A stretch of 60,449 nucleotides of DNA from a virus. Lineage: Duplodnaviria; Caudoviricetes. Positions within the stretch are counted from its first letter, which is position 1; each line of letters starts with the position of its first letter. This document shows positions 25,146 through 33,062 of the stretch, one piece after another. The translations under genes and the position numbers were made by a program. The notes under the pieces were generated by a model. The model searched no databases. It saw only the letters and a list, made by a program, of their open reading frames with translations, and had not been told where the DNA came from. The stretch is from positions 1-60,449 of IMG/VR virus record IMGVR_UViG_3300037247_000601; one strand, given 5' to 3'.

Positions 25146-25282
25146 CGCTTACTCTTCGGCTTGCGACCGGTCGCCAAGCTCTTGCCTGTCTTGGCCTGTG
25201 CGATCCGCGCGGCCTTGCCCTTCGATGCGCCTTGCCGGCGGATAGCGTCGTACATCTTATGCACCTTGGTATTTTTGGGCAT
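25142..25282 (-). CDS. 46-aa basic protein (MYDAIRRQGASKGKAARIA)
   Basis: GAGG SD, ATGA overlap. Confidence 0.6.
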   Translation of the reverse strand: MPKNTKVHKMYDAIRRQGASKGKAARIAQAKTGKSLATGRKPKSKR

Positions 25283-25285
25283 CGG

Positions 25286-25699
25286 TTACCCCTCGTCAAT
25301 GTCGTAGGCGCTCACCCGGCGGGTGAAGTAGCGCGGGTGCAGCGCGCGATCAACCTGCATGTCGTCGTCGAACTCGAGCGTGCCCAACTGGAAGGTCTTG
25401 AACGCCGCGACCGCGATGGCCACCACCGAGGCGGGCGCGTCGATGCCATCCCACTCGGCCGCCAAGTGAACCGCAAGGTTGTAGCGGATGCCTTTCAGGT
25501 ACTTGTCGTGGACCAGGAGCTCGTCGTCTTGGGCCACGGTCGACCAGCCGATGTGGATACCGGCGTTCTCCCAATCGTGAACCATCTCGTTCAGCGCCGC
25601 CAGGCCGTCCACAGCGTCCTCGGCAGAGGCGGTCTCGCCGGCTTCGATGGCATTGATGAGCCGCAGCGCGCGAGTGATGATATCGATTGCCGTGGCCAT
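25286..25699 (-). CDS. P22 gp4-like head-tail adaptor
   Basis: TAIDIITRALR.I...DGLAALNEMV..W, IRYNLAV.LA. Confidence 0.85.
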   Translation of the reverse strand: MATAIDIITRALRLINAIEAGETASAEDAVDGLAALNEMVHDWENAGIHIGWSTVAQDDELLVHDKYLKGIRYNLAVHLAAEWDGIDAPASVVAIAVAAFKTFQLGTLEFDDDMQVDRALHPRYFTRRVSAYDIDEG

Positions 25700-26379
25700 C
25701 AGGCGGCCTCCCCTGCCTTCTTCTCCGCGCGTGCAATCAGCTCGCCGAAATTACCCCGGTAGGCCTTGGATCCGATGTGCCACAGCGTCATGTTGGGATC
25801 GAGAAAGACCTTGCCGCCCGCGGCGTTCCAGCGTCGGCAGAACAGGGCGTCCTCGCCGGTGATCCGACCGTTGGCTATCTCGACATCGAACAGACCGTAG
25901 CAATCGTTTCCATCTCTATCCTGGTATTTGGTGTCCTGGTGAATCTTGGTCAGCTTCTCGATGGCCCGGCGGGAAATCTTGAGGAACCCGGTCCCCAGGT
26001 AGTCGACCTCGATCAGCCGCTGGCCGCCGGGCTTCATGCCGCCAATATTATACATCTCCGCGTCTTCGCGCTTCTGCCGATATGCCCCGCCAATCACGTC
26101 ATGGGGCGACAACGCAAGCCGGATCGCGTCCTCGGGCTCCCAAGAGATATCGGCGTCAATGAACAACAGATCGGTCGCCCCCGACGCCATAAAATCCGCC
26201 ACCATGCGGTTGCGCGCGTCTTGAATGATCGCATTATTCATCAAGAACGAATGGGTGAACACAATGCCGGCCTGCGCCAATGCGGGCAGGGTCAGGATCA
26301 GGCTCTTGGTGTACTCACAGTACACCTGGCCCGAGTGGGACGGGGTGGCTATGAACAGGTGACGGCGGGGCTTGCTCAA
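25699..26379 (-). CDS. GT-A fold glycosyltransferase
   Basis: IATP, ARN, LFIDADI (DxD), GTGFLKI, GEDALFC. Confidence 0.82.
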   Translation of the reverse strand: MSKPRRHLFIATPSHSGQVYCEYTKSLILTLPALAQAGIVFTHSFLMNNAIIQDARNRMVADFMASGATDLLFIDADISWEPEDAIRLALSPHDVIGGAYRQKREDAEMYNIGGMKPGGQRLIEVDYLGTGFLKISRRAIEKLTKIHQDTKYQDRDGNDCYGLFDVEIANGRITGEDALFCRRWNAAGGKVFLDPNMTLWHIGSKAYRGNFGELIARAEKKAGEAA

Positions 26380-26487
26380 TTCCGTGATCCTTTGCTATGC
26401 TGTGCGCGCGTCAGGAGGGTTACCGGGGTTTGGTCCCATGGGCCTGTCCTTTCCAGCGGCGATCTTTCTGGCGCACCCTTGGAAAGG
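26372..26487 (+). promoter_or_regulatory. Promoter and structured leader of antisense moron
   Basis: TTGCTC-N18-TATGCT with extended TG; long G-U-rich stem and anti-SD pairing. Confidence 0.45.
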
Positions 26488-26495
26488 AGAAACCC

Positions 26496-26858
26496 ATGAC
26501 TTACTCAGTTGAAGACACTGCTTTTGTTATCGACAAGGCCGCCGATCATGAGGAATGCCCGGAGTGCAAAGGTGGCACGCTGCCACCACTCCAAATGACC
26601 ACGACCTACGCTCACGCCCTTACTTCACCGGGCGCCGTCTTGCAGGTCTCCCATGAACAGCCGATCCCAGATCAGTTTGCACACCTGCCGCATGGCTATT
26701 CTTGTTCGAACACCGACTGCTATTTTGGCAAGATACTGACGCCTTACGAGGAGAAGATGCAGAAGATTATCTATTCCTTGTCGAACAAAGTAAAGTTCGC
26801 CGAGGTAGAACGTGCCGCACCACTGAGTAGCCGCTTGATGGCCGCCTTCAAGGGTTGA
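26496..26858 (+). CDS. Moron-like Zn-binding hypothetical protein on the opposite strand
   Basis: AAGGAG SD; CPEC...CSNTDC. Confidence 0.7.
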   Translation: MTYSVEDTAFVIDKAADHEECPECKGGTLPPLQMTTTYAHALTSPGAVLQVSHEQPIPDQFAHLPHGYSCSNTDCYFGKILTPYEEKMQKIIYSLSNKVKFAEVERAAPLSSRLMAAFKG

Positions 26859-27273
26859 CCGCGGCTGCGTCCAGAGCTTCCAGCATCTCGATCACCGCCA
26901 CCTTGTTGGTGCCGGCCTTCGGTCCCTTGCCGGTGCGCCGCTTGAGAGCAGATTTCAGGTCGTTGAACTTGTGGTCCGCGTAGGGCCTGGACAGCGCCGA
27001 ATCATCGGGAGTCGGTTCGACCTCCTCGTCCTCAAGAACCGGAACAGGGGGGTCATTCTGCTCGCCAAACCATGCCTGTGTAACCGCCGCCGCAAGGTGC
27101 GATCCGTCCACGGCCTTGTCGACCTTCGCCGGGCTGTCGACCCAGCCCTCTGGCAGTGGCTCGCCGTCAAAAATTTCCTTCTCGATCTCGCCATCTCCGC
27201 CGCGGCGATACCCGAAGGTCGGGTTTGCAAATTTGAGGATGCGGGCCTGCATCTTGGCGTCAGGCTGCTGCAT
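26848..27273 (-). CDS. Hypothetical protein with Rho-N/SAP-like C-terminal helices
   Basis: LPEGWVDSP; FNDLKSALK...TNKVAVIEMLE. Confidence 0.65.
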   Translation of the reverse strand: MQQPDAKMQARILKFANPTFGYRRGGDGEIEKEIFDGEPLPEGWVDSPAKVDKAVDGSHLAAAVTQAWFGEQNDPPVPVLEDEEVEPTPDDSALSRPYADHKFNDLKSALKRRTGKGPKAGTNKVAVIEMLEALDAAAVNP

Positions 27274-28579
27274 TTTCTGCTTGCTCCTTGATGTCTGTAG
27301 GTTCACGGCGGATCAAGGCCGCGTGCTGTTCAATGAAATCAACTCGTCGACCGTTCTCCGCGCACCATTCCACTATGGCCGTGCCATAGGCTCGGTCGTC
27401 GGCGTCATCGACAATGATGGTCTCGGTGCGGTGGCCGAACCGCTCGTAGAACCCCATCCGGTCGCCGACGAGCCGCGGTGGGCCGTCGTTAAGCCCCAGC
27501 GCGAATTCGGTCGGCAGCTCGGTCTCATAATCGCTCAAGTCGTACCAGCCGTCCTTGATGGCACAATCACATACACCAATCCCGGAGACGCCGGATTCCT
27601 CTATCATTTCCCCTAGTCGGATTGCCCAGAACGGATCATGCTCCAGACAATAGATTGGCTGGTCTGTCACTGCGGCCATAAGAATAGTCGTCAGACCACT
27701 CCCGGCCTCAATAATTGGGCCATCGGCTTTCTTAGCCATGGCAACGCAAACAAGCAGAACATCCGCTGGGGGAGAATAGAGATTGTCCATGTACTTAGCC
27801 GCTTCCATGAACAGCTTCGGTTCCATACTGCCCTTGGCTAGTTCCTCGGTCACATATCGCAAGGTGGTGCCATTATCACGCCGGAGAGCCGCGCCGAGAC
27901 TATCCTGCATAATGGTCTTGGTTGCATGGCCCAGATACAGATCCGGAGCTGCCCAGACTTTGCCGCCGTCGGCAATCCACTTGTGGCAGAAACTAAGATC
28001 CCCACCCCAGCGAGTGCCATCTTTGTAGGTACGCTCGAACAACAATGGGATCATAGAACGCCGATCGCCATCGTTATGGTAATGCTGGGCGTTGCGAGCA
28101 AGAGTTTCCAGCACCCTTCGCCTGATACGCATAAAGCCCGTTGGAAGTCCCGCGACCTGGATTAATCCTTGGTCGTTGGGCTTTATCTCGCCGGGGATCA
28201 TTAGAATTGGCATGTTGAAAGAAGACGCTGTGCCCTCACGGCGATACGGATAAATGCCCCCGACGATATCGCAATCGTAGGAAACCAGCGCAATGAGTGA
28301 TTCCGGATCCCACGATACATCGGCGTCAATGAAGACCAGATCCGTGCAATCGGTCAACAGGAATTCTTGAACCAATCGGTTCCGAGCATCGTCAACGTGA
28401 CAGTTACCCGAAAGCAGCATGTAGGAATTCAAAAACCCCGCATCTTCCAGCGCCATCCGGCTGCGCTGAATGGAGAAAGTGTAGCTGGCATCGAGATTGT
28501 CATAAGCCGTGGTCGCTAACATGATCTTTTGAACGCCGGTCATTTCGGCATTAGTGTGGTCGAGAAAGAAATCTGACAT
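27260..28579 (-). CDS. Glycosyltransferase fused to class I SAM methyltransferase
   Basis: FIDADV, PTGFMRIRR, GGDLSFC; then IIEAGSGLTT, LEHD, DGPP, IVDD. Confidence 0.82.
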   Translation of the reverse strand: MSDFFLDHTNAEMTGVQKIMLATTAYDNLDASYTFSIQRSRMALEDAGFLNSYMLLSGNCHVDDARNRLVQEFLLTDCTDLVFIDADVSWDPESLIALVSYDCDIVGGIYPYRREGTASSFNMPILMIPGEIKPNDQGLIQVAGLPTGFMRIRRRVLETLARNAQHYHNDGDRRSMIPLLFERTYKDGTRWGGDLSFCHKWIADGGKVWAAPDLYLGHATKTIMQDSLGAALRRDNGTTLRYVTEELAKGSMEPKLFMEAAKYMDNLYSPPADVLLVCVAMAKKADGPIIEAGSGLTTILMAAVTDQPIYCLEHDPFWAIRLGEMIEESGVSGIGVCDCAIKDGWYDLSDYETELPTEFALGLNDGPPRLVGDRMGFYERFGHRTETIIVDDADDRAYGTAIVEWCAENGRRVDFIEQHAALIRREPTDIKEQAENAAA

Positions 28580-28620
28580 GGTCAACCTTGTAATTATTGG
28601 TAAAGAGCAACTCGATAGAC

Positions 28621-28884
28621 TTACGACGTGACGATCAAGCCAAGATTGACCATGGCGGTGTATAGCCGTGTGACTGCCGCCTCGTTGGTGCCGGTGGTGG
28701 CGGTTGTCACAACCGCCGTAACGGACGGCCGGGCAATCGGCGTGGCGCCATAGAACCCAACCGTGCTAGTCGCGCTTTCGCCCACTTTGGCTCCCGTAGC
28801 GGCTAAAGCATTGTGGAGTTTCATGCGATCCTGAGACTGGAGGTTCGGCAACAGCCGCGTAAGGTGTCCGCTTTCGGTAGCCAT
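28621..28884 (-). CDS. Putative head decoration protein (paralog B)
   Basis: VGFYGATPIAR...VNLGL; follows coat gene. Confidence 0.65.
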   Translation of the reverse strand: MATESGHLTRLLPNLQSQDRMKLHNALAATGAKVGESATSTVGFYGATPIARPSVTAVVTTATTGTNEAAVTRLYTAMVNLGLIVTS

Positions 28885-28907
28885 GATGGTTCTCCTTCAA
28901 GCCGGAA

Positions 28908-28932
28908 GCGGGGGAGTTTTTAATTCCCCCGC
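28908..28932. terminator. Hairpin between decoration paralogs
   Basis: GCGGGGGA...TCCCCCGC inverted repeat. Confidence 0.45.
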
Positions 28933-28944
28933 CCGTCGATAAGC

Positions 28945-29181
28945 CTACGTCGTGGTATACAAGCCGAGATTGACCAAGGCCGTATTGATCGCCACGATCG
29001 CCGCTTCATTGGTGGCCGTGGTGGCGGACGCGGTTGGCGCCGTAACGGTCGCCCGAACAATCGGTGTAGCGCCGAAAAATCCGATCTTGCTCGTCGAGGT
29101 TTTCCCGAGACCCACACCGTCGCCGGTCGGGTTGCCGTTGTACCAACGGACATTGGAAGTGGTAACGCTGTTGACAGTCAT
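28945..29181 (-). CDS. Putative head decoration protein (paralog A)
   Basis: IGFFGATPIVR...VNLGL; GAGGAG SD. Confidence 0.7.
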   Translation of the reverse strand: MTVNSVTTSNVRWYNGNPTGDGVGLGKTSTSKIGFFGATPIVRATVTAPTASATTATNEAAIVAINTALVNLGLYTTT

Positions 29182-29247
29182 TGTCTTCTCCTCACGGAGA
29201 CAACCCCCCGGAGGGGGCCGTGCCGTGTCATATGATGGATGTTGCGC

Positions 29248-30483
29248 TTACGCGGTGCCGCTCACCCGGGTCGCCAATTCCGGATAAATCGCTTTCACGC
29301 CGTAGAGAATATCGCCGCGGATGATCTCGACATCGTTATCGATATCGTAATCCTTGACCAGCCGCACACTCAACCCGCGATGGGTCTCGCGCGCCTTCCA
29401 CTGGACAGAGTCCGGCATTTCGAGTGGCACGTTCACCAGAGCGAAGGCGTTCTTGTGGAACACCATGTTCTGGGGAGTGATTTCCGCCGCCGTGGTCGAC
29501 TTGTAGATGATCGTGGCATTGTTGGGCGCCGAGTTCGAGACAGTCTGATACGGACCCGAAGTGATGATCGGAGGCGAGATGGAGAGCGTCGTGTCGCTGG
29601 TCGTGGTGACGTTGGCCGTCACATCGGCCCGGAGAACGAACTCCTGCAGGAAATCCAGCGTCACCTTCGACACCGGATTGACCGCGAACACCGTATCGAT
29701 GGTGAACACATCGCCCTCGAAGAGGGAGTCAGCGGTGGTCCAACCGTCCGTCACGAGATCCATCTTGTAGGCGGTCAGCACGTTGGCATAGGTGGTGCTT
29801 TGAGCAGTGGTCACAAGCGGCGTGCCGTCCCCACCCGGGCCAGTGGTGTGACGGGCGACGTTCTGGTCCATGTAGGTTTCCAGATTGGCCACCCGGCCCA
29901 ACCGGGCCTGACGGTAGGCTTCCGCCTGTGGACTGGCAGGCTGGTCGGTGAGAGTGAGCCCCGCCAGGTTACCAATCATCGCCCAGGAATCGGCCGGAGC
30001 CAGAACGGCGTTGCGCTGATCCTGCGGAACCGCCATCTCGTCGAGCCGCTGGGGCGCCTTGGATAGATCGGCGAAGCTGTTGATGGTATTGGACGGGGTT
30101 CCGACCCAGTTCCAGATCTGCTTGTAGAGATCGAGCAGATCGGTATCGACCTTGTTCGCCAGCGCGATCATGGCCGGCTTGATGTAGCGATAAGCGTACT
30201 CCTCGATCGACAGCGTGAGGTCCTGAGTGGAGAAGTTCCAGGAGACGTGCTTGCGCTTGTCGATGGTGATGTTGGTCGATGCTTCCTCCACGTCCTGGTT
30301 GGTCCTGGTCGCACCGTCGGTAACGACGAACTTGACCGGCTTGCGGATCGAAACCGTCTCGCCGACCTTGACGAACTCCTTGCGGTAATCGCGATGAACG
30401 AGATTGCCCATCACGAGGTTGTTTTCGAGCTGGAACAACGCCTCCTTGGCGATGATGCTCGGGGTAAGGATTCTCTGTACCAT
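29248..30483 (-). CDS. Major capsid protein, P22 gp5 family
   Basis: ILTPSIIAKEAL..LENNL, KVGETVSIRKP, YIKPAM..LAN, FHKNAFAL, DILYG. Confidence 0.95.
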   Translation of the reverse strand: MVQRILTPSIIAKEALFQLENNLVMGNLVHRDYRKEFVKVGETVSIRKPVKFVVTDGATRTNQDVEEASTNITIDKRKHVSWNFSTQDLTLSIEEYAYRYIKPAMIALANKVDTDLLDLYKQIWNWVGTPSNTINSFADLSKAPQRLDEMAVPQDQRNAVLAPADSWAMIGNLAGLTLTDQPASPQAEAYRQARLGRVANLETYMDQNVARHTTGPGGDGTPLVTTAQSTTYANVLTAYKMDLVTDGWTTADSLFEGDVFTIDTVFAVNPVSKVTLDFLQEFVLRADVTANVTTTSDTTLSISPPIITSGPYQTVSNSAPNNATIIYKSTTAAEITPQNMVFHKNAFALVNVPLEMPDSVQWKARETHRGLSVRLVKDYDIDNDVEIIRGDILYGVKAIYPELATRVSGTA

Positions 30484-31686
30484 CTACTTGATCTTTCCTG
30501 ATCGCCTCCCCGCGATGTATTCGTCCATCGACATCTTTTCGGGGCTCGGGCGCATGGCAGCGCCAGAACCGCCCAATGTCGGGACAGGCGGGGGGGCTGA
30601 TGTGGGGGTGGGGACCGGCTTCGCTTGCTGGCCCGGCTTGTCGGCGGGCGCCTGTTCGGCTGCCGCTGCCGCGGTGTTGTCCTCCGGCTTTGCAGCCGGG
30701 GCGGCCTGTTCGGCCGTCAAGGTGAATTCGATCTTCGCCAGAGCGCGGCCAAGGTCCACGTCGATCATGTCGAACATGGCTTTCGATTCGTCCTGGTGGG
30801 TCGCCAAGTAGTAGGCGAGACCCGGGCCCTGCTCGGACTGCCAGATTGCCTGTGCGGCGCGTGGATCAATCGCTAAGGACAAGTCGTACACCACGTCATC
30901 GTAGTCCTTGTGGAGCTCGCGGGCCGCTTCCTCCCGCTCACCAAAGGTCTCCATGGTCTCGGCTTGACGCTCGGCAGCGGCGCGATTGGCCGCCTCCTGG
31001 CGGGCCTGTTCGGCCTTGGTTTCGGCTTTGGTTTCGTTTGCCGCCACCGTGTCCTTGGTCCACTTGCCCATGGCAGTGGCCCATTTCTCGTTGTCGAAGT
31101 CGTGGTCCTCGAGCGTCGGCGGCTCGGCAGGCACTTCCTCGGCCTTTGCGGCCGCTTCCGCCTCTGCGGCGGGTGCCCTCTCCCGGAGCTGCGCCTGAAG
31201 CCCGGCCAGTTGCTCCTGAAGCGTCTGGATGGCGCGGCCCTGCTCGCGACGCTCGCGACGGGACTGGGAGCGGCGCCGGGGCTTGGTCTTCTTCGGCTCG
31301 TATTCCTTGTCCTCATCGTCCGCGAGGTCGGCGGCTTCGCTACCTGCGTCGCCGCCGTCCTCGTCACCGCCCGGAGCGGGCTCTGCTTGAGCCTTCGGGG
31401 CGGCGTTGTCAGATTCCGGGGCTTCGGTGTCCTTGGCGACGAGCTCGGCCAGTTGCTCGGCCGTTGGACCTGCGTCTCCCTTGTCGCCTTCCGCGGCCTC
31501 TGCGGCCTCCTCGTCACTGGCAGGTTCGTCAGGCAGGGGGTCGTCCTGATCCCGGAACATCGGGTCGATCCACTGGGTATCCTGGCTTTCGCTGTCGGCA
31601 ACGGGCGGGGTCTCCGGATTGACCGAAGGAACGCTCATGGCGGGTGCGGGTTCGGGGGTGGCAGTCTGTGCCTTGGAATCTGGCAT
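30484..31686 (-). CDS. Scaffolding protein
   Basis: Acidic; GPGLAYYLA; TSAPPPV...KMSMDEYIA C-terminus; directly upstream of coat. Confidence 0.88.
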   Translation of the reverse strand: MPDSKAQTATPEPAPAMSVPSVNPETPPVADSESQDTQWIDPMFRDQDDPLPDEPASDEEAAEAAEGDKGDAGPTAEQLAELVAKDTEAPESDNAAPKAQAEPAPGGDEDGGDAGSEAADLADDEDKEYEPKKTKPRRRSQSRRERREQGRAIQTLQEQLAGLQAQLRERAPAAEAEAAAKAEEVPAEPPTLEDHDFDNEKWATAMGKWTKDTVAANETKAETKAEQARQEAANRAAAERQAETMETFGEREEAARELHKDYDDVVYDLSLAIDPRAAQAIWQSEQGPGLAYYLATHQDESKAMFDMIDVDLGRALAKIEFTLTAEQAAPAAKPEDNTAAAAAEQAPADKPGQQAKPVPTPTSAPPPVPTLGGSGAAMRPSPEKMSMDEYIAGRRSGKIK

Positions 31687-31828
31687 ACCTTGCTATCCTT
31701 CTTCAGGTGCGACGGCCTCTGCGGCCGGTGCGTGGGTATGGAAAAGCCGCCCGGAGGCGGCTGGTGGTGGTGTCTTAGATCGACCCCGCTGTCAGACGGG
31801 GCCGGGCTTTATTCTGCCGACGGTAAAC

Positions 31829-32011
31829 TCAGGACTCACAGGGCATCGCCTCCTCACGCGGGTGGTTGTATCCACAGCGCCACCACTTGACCCAGCCGCT
31901 CGGCGCGGGGTCCGACAGTATGCGCCGTAGGGTGTTTTTGCTGCCTGCCCAGCCTTCTCGTCTGCACTTACGTCCGCATTCAAAGGCTTCTTCGATCCAT
32001 GTGGTCGCCAT
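31829..32011 (-). CDS. Small protein with weak Rmf/CrpP-like pattern
   Basis: AFECGR...G...WWRCGY; AGGAG upstream. Confidence 0.4.
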   Translation of the reverse strand: MATTWIEEAFECGRKCRREGWAGSKNTLRRILSDPAPSGWVKWWRCGYNHPREEAMPCES

Positions 32012-32032
32012 TTCGTAAATACTCCTGATGGG

Positions 32033-32272
32033 TTAGTCCATCCAGTTGCCGCCCCAACTCTGATAGTGATATTTCCGCAGCATAGGAAGGTTGTATGGGA
32101 CGCTCTCTTTGGCGATGCGGCAACATTCGGCGCGAATAGCCGCTAATGCCGTCGTTCCGGTATCGCAAAAGACCACCGTCGAAAGGTTTTTGGGATATTT
32201 GACGAAGTGCCGCTGCCACATCGGGGCGAGTTCCCGCCGCACCGCCATATCGATCATCTCCTCACGGGTCAT
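32033..32272 (-). CDS. Hypothetical protein
   Basis: GAGG SD. Confidence 0.6.
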   Translation of the reverse strand: MTREEMIDMAVRRELAPMWQRHFVKYPKNLSTVVFCDTGTTALAAIRAECCRIAKESVPYNLPMLRKYHYQSWGGNWMD

Positions 32273-32282
32273 GGACTTGCCT

Positions 32283-32555
32283 CTAAGCGTAGTGGTTCGT
32301 CTGGCCGTTCATGCTCTTGTCGCGGCTCTTGCGCGCCTTGCTGTACTCGGAATACGGCATCTTGCCCATCTTGCTCGGGCTCATCCCGATGTACTCCAGG
32401 GCTTTGGCCTGCTCCTTGGCCTTCGCCATCGCGGCCTTGTAGCGGGCCTTGTCTTTCTTGATCTCGCCGGCCTTGATCAGCGTCCGAACGTCGCTCTCGG
32501 ACTGGTACTTCTTGTCCATTGCGGACATCTTGGAAAAGCTCTCTCCGTGCATCAT
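32283..32555 (-). CDS. Small basic phage protein
   Basis: ESDVRTLIKAGEIKKDKARYKAA; GGAG SD. Confidence 0.7.
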   Translation of the reverse strand: MMHGESFSKMSAMDKKYQSESDVRTLIKAGEIKKDKARYKAAMAKAKEQAKALEYIGMSPSKMGKMPYSEYSKARKSRDKSMNGQTNHYA

Positions 32556-32583
32556 GACGGCGGTCTCCATCATTTGAAGTGTT

Positions 32584-32862
32584 TCAGTTGAGCGGCGATT
32601 CGAAAAATGCCGACTTATGGTAGATGTACATCGGCTGGGCACGCAGTCTATCCATCGCCGGATTAACCACACGAGAAGCAAACTCATCGAGAGTGAGGGT
32701 CATGTTGGCCGCTCGTGGCTGAATCGTGGCCGCTTCGCCCGGCGCTGCGGCGAAGAAGCCCTCAGCGGGCGTGACCGTCATTACGACCGAAGCACCAGAT
32801 GCTGCGGCCACTGGGACAGCAGACAGCGCGGCCAAGAAAGCGCGGCGGGACAAACCCTTCAT
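32584..32862 (-). CDS. Twin-arginine-leader protein carrying capsid-derived segments
   Basis: SRRAFL leader; segments align with this phage's coat protein. Confidence 0.7.
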   Translation of the reverse strand: MKGLSRRAFLAALSAVPVAAASGASVVMTVTPAEGFFAAAPGEAATIQPRAANMTLTLDEFASRVVNPAMDRLRAQPMYIYHKSAFFESPLN

Positions 32863-32873
32863 CTCTCGTTTCC

Positions 32874-33062
32874 TCACTGAATTGTGGCTGGCTGCTGACC
32901 CATCCACACCACATTGAGACCTTGAGCTTCGGCGATCCGGTGACGGCCTGCGACCAAGACCCGCGCGCGCGCCGTGTCGTCGTCACTCAGCGCGGCCTCG
33001 ATGGCATCGAGCAGCGAGCACATGTCAACCGCCCAAGCCTCGTAGTTCACTTCGCCGGTCAT
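32874..33062 (-). CDS. Hypothetical protein
   Basis: ATGA overlap with portal. Confidence 0.6.
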   Translation of the reverse strand: MTGEVNYEAWAVDMCSLLDAIEAALSDDDTARARVLVAGRHRIAEAQGLNVVWMGQQPATIQ

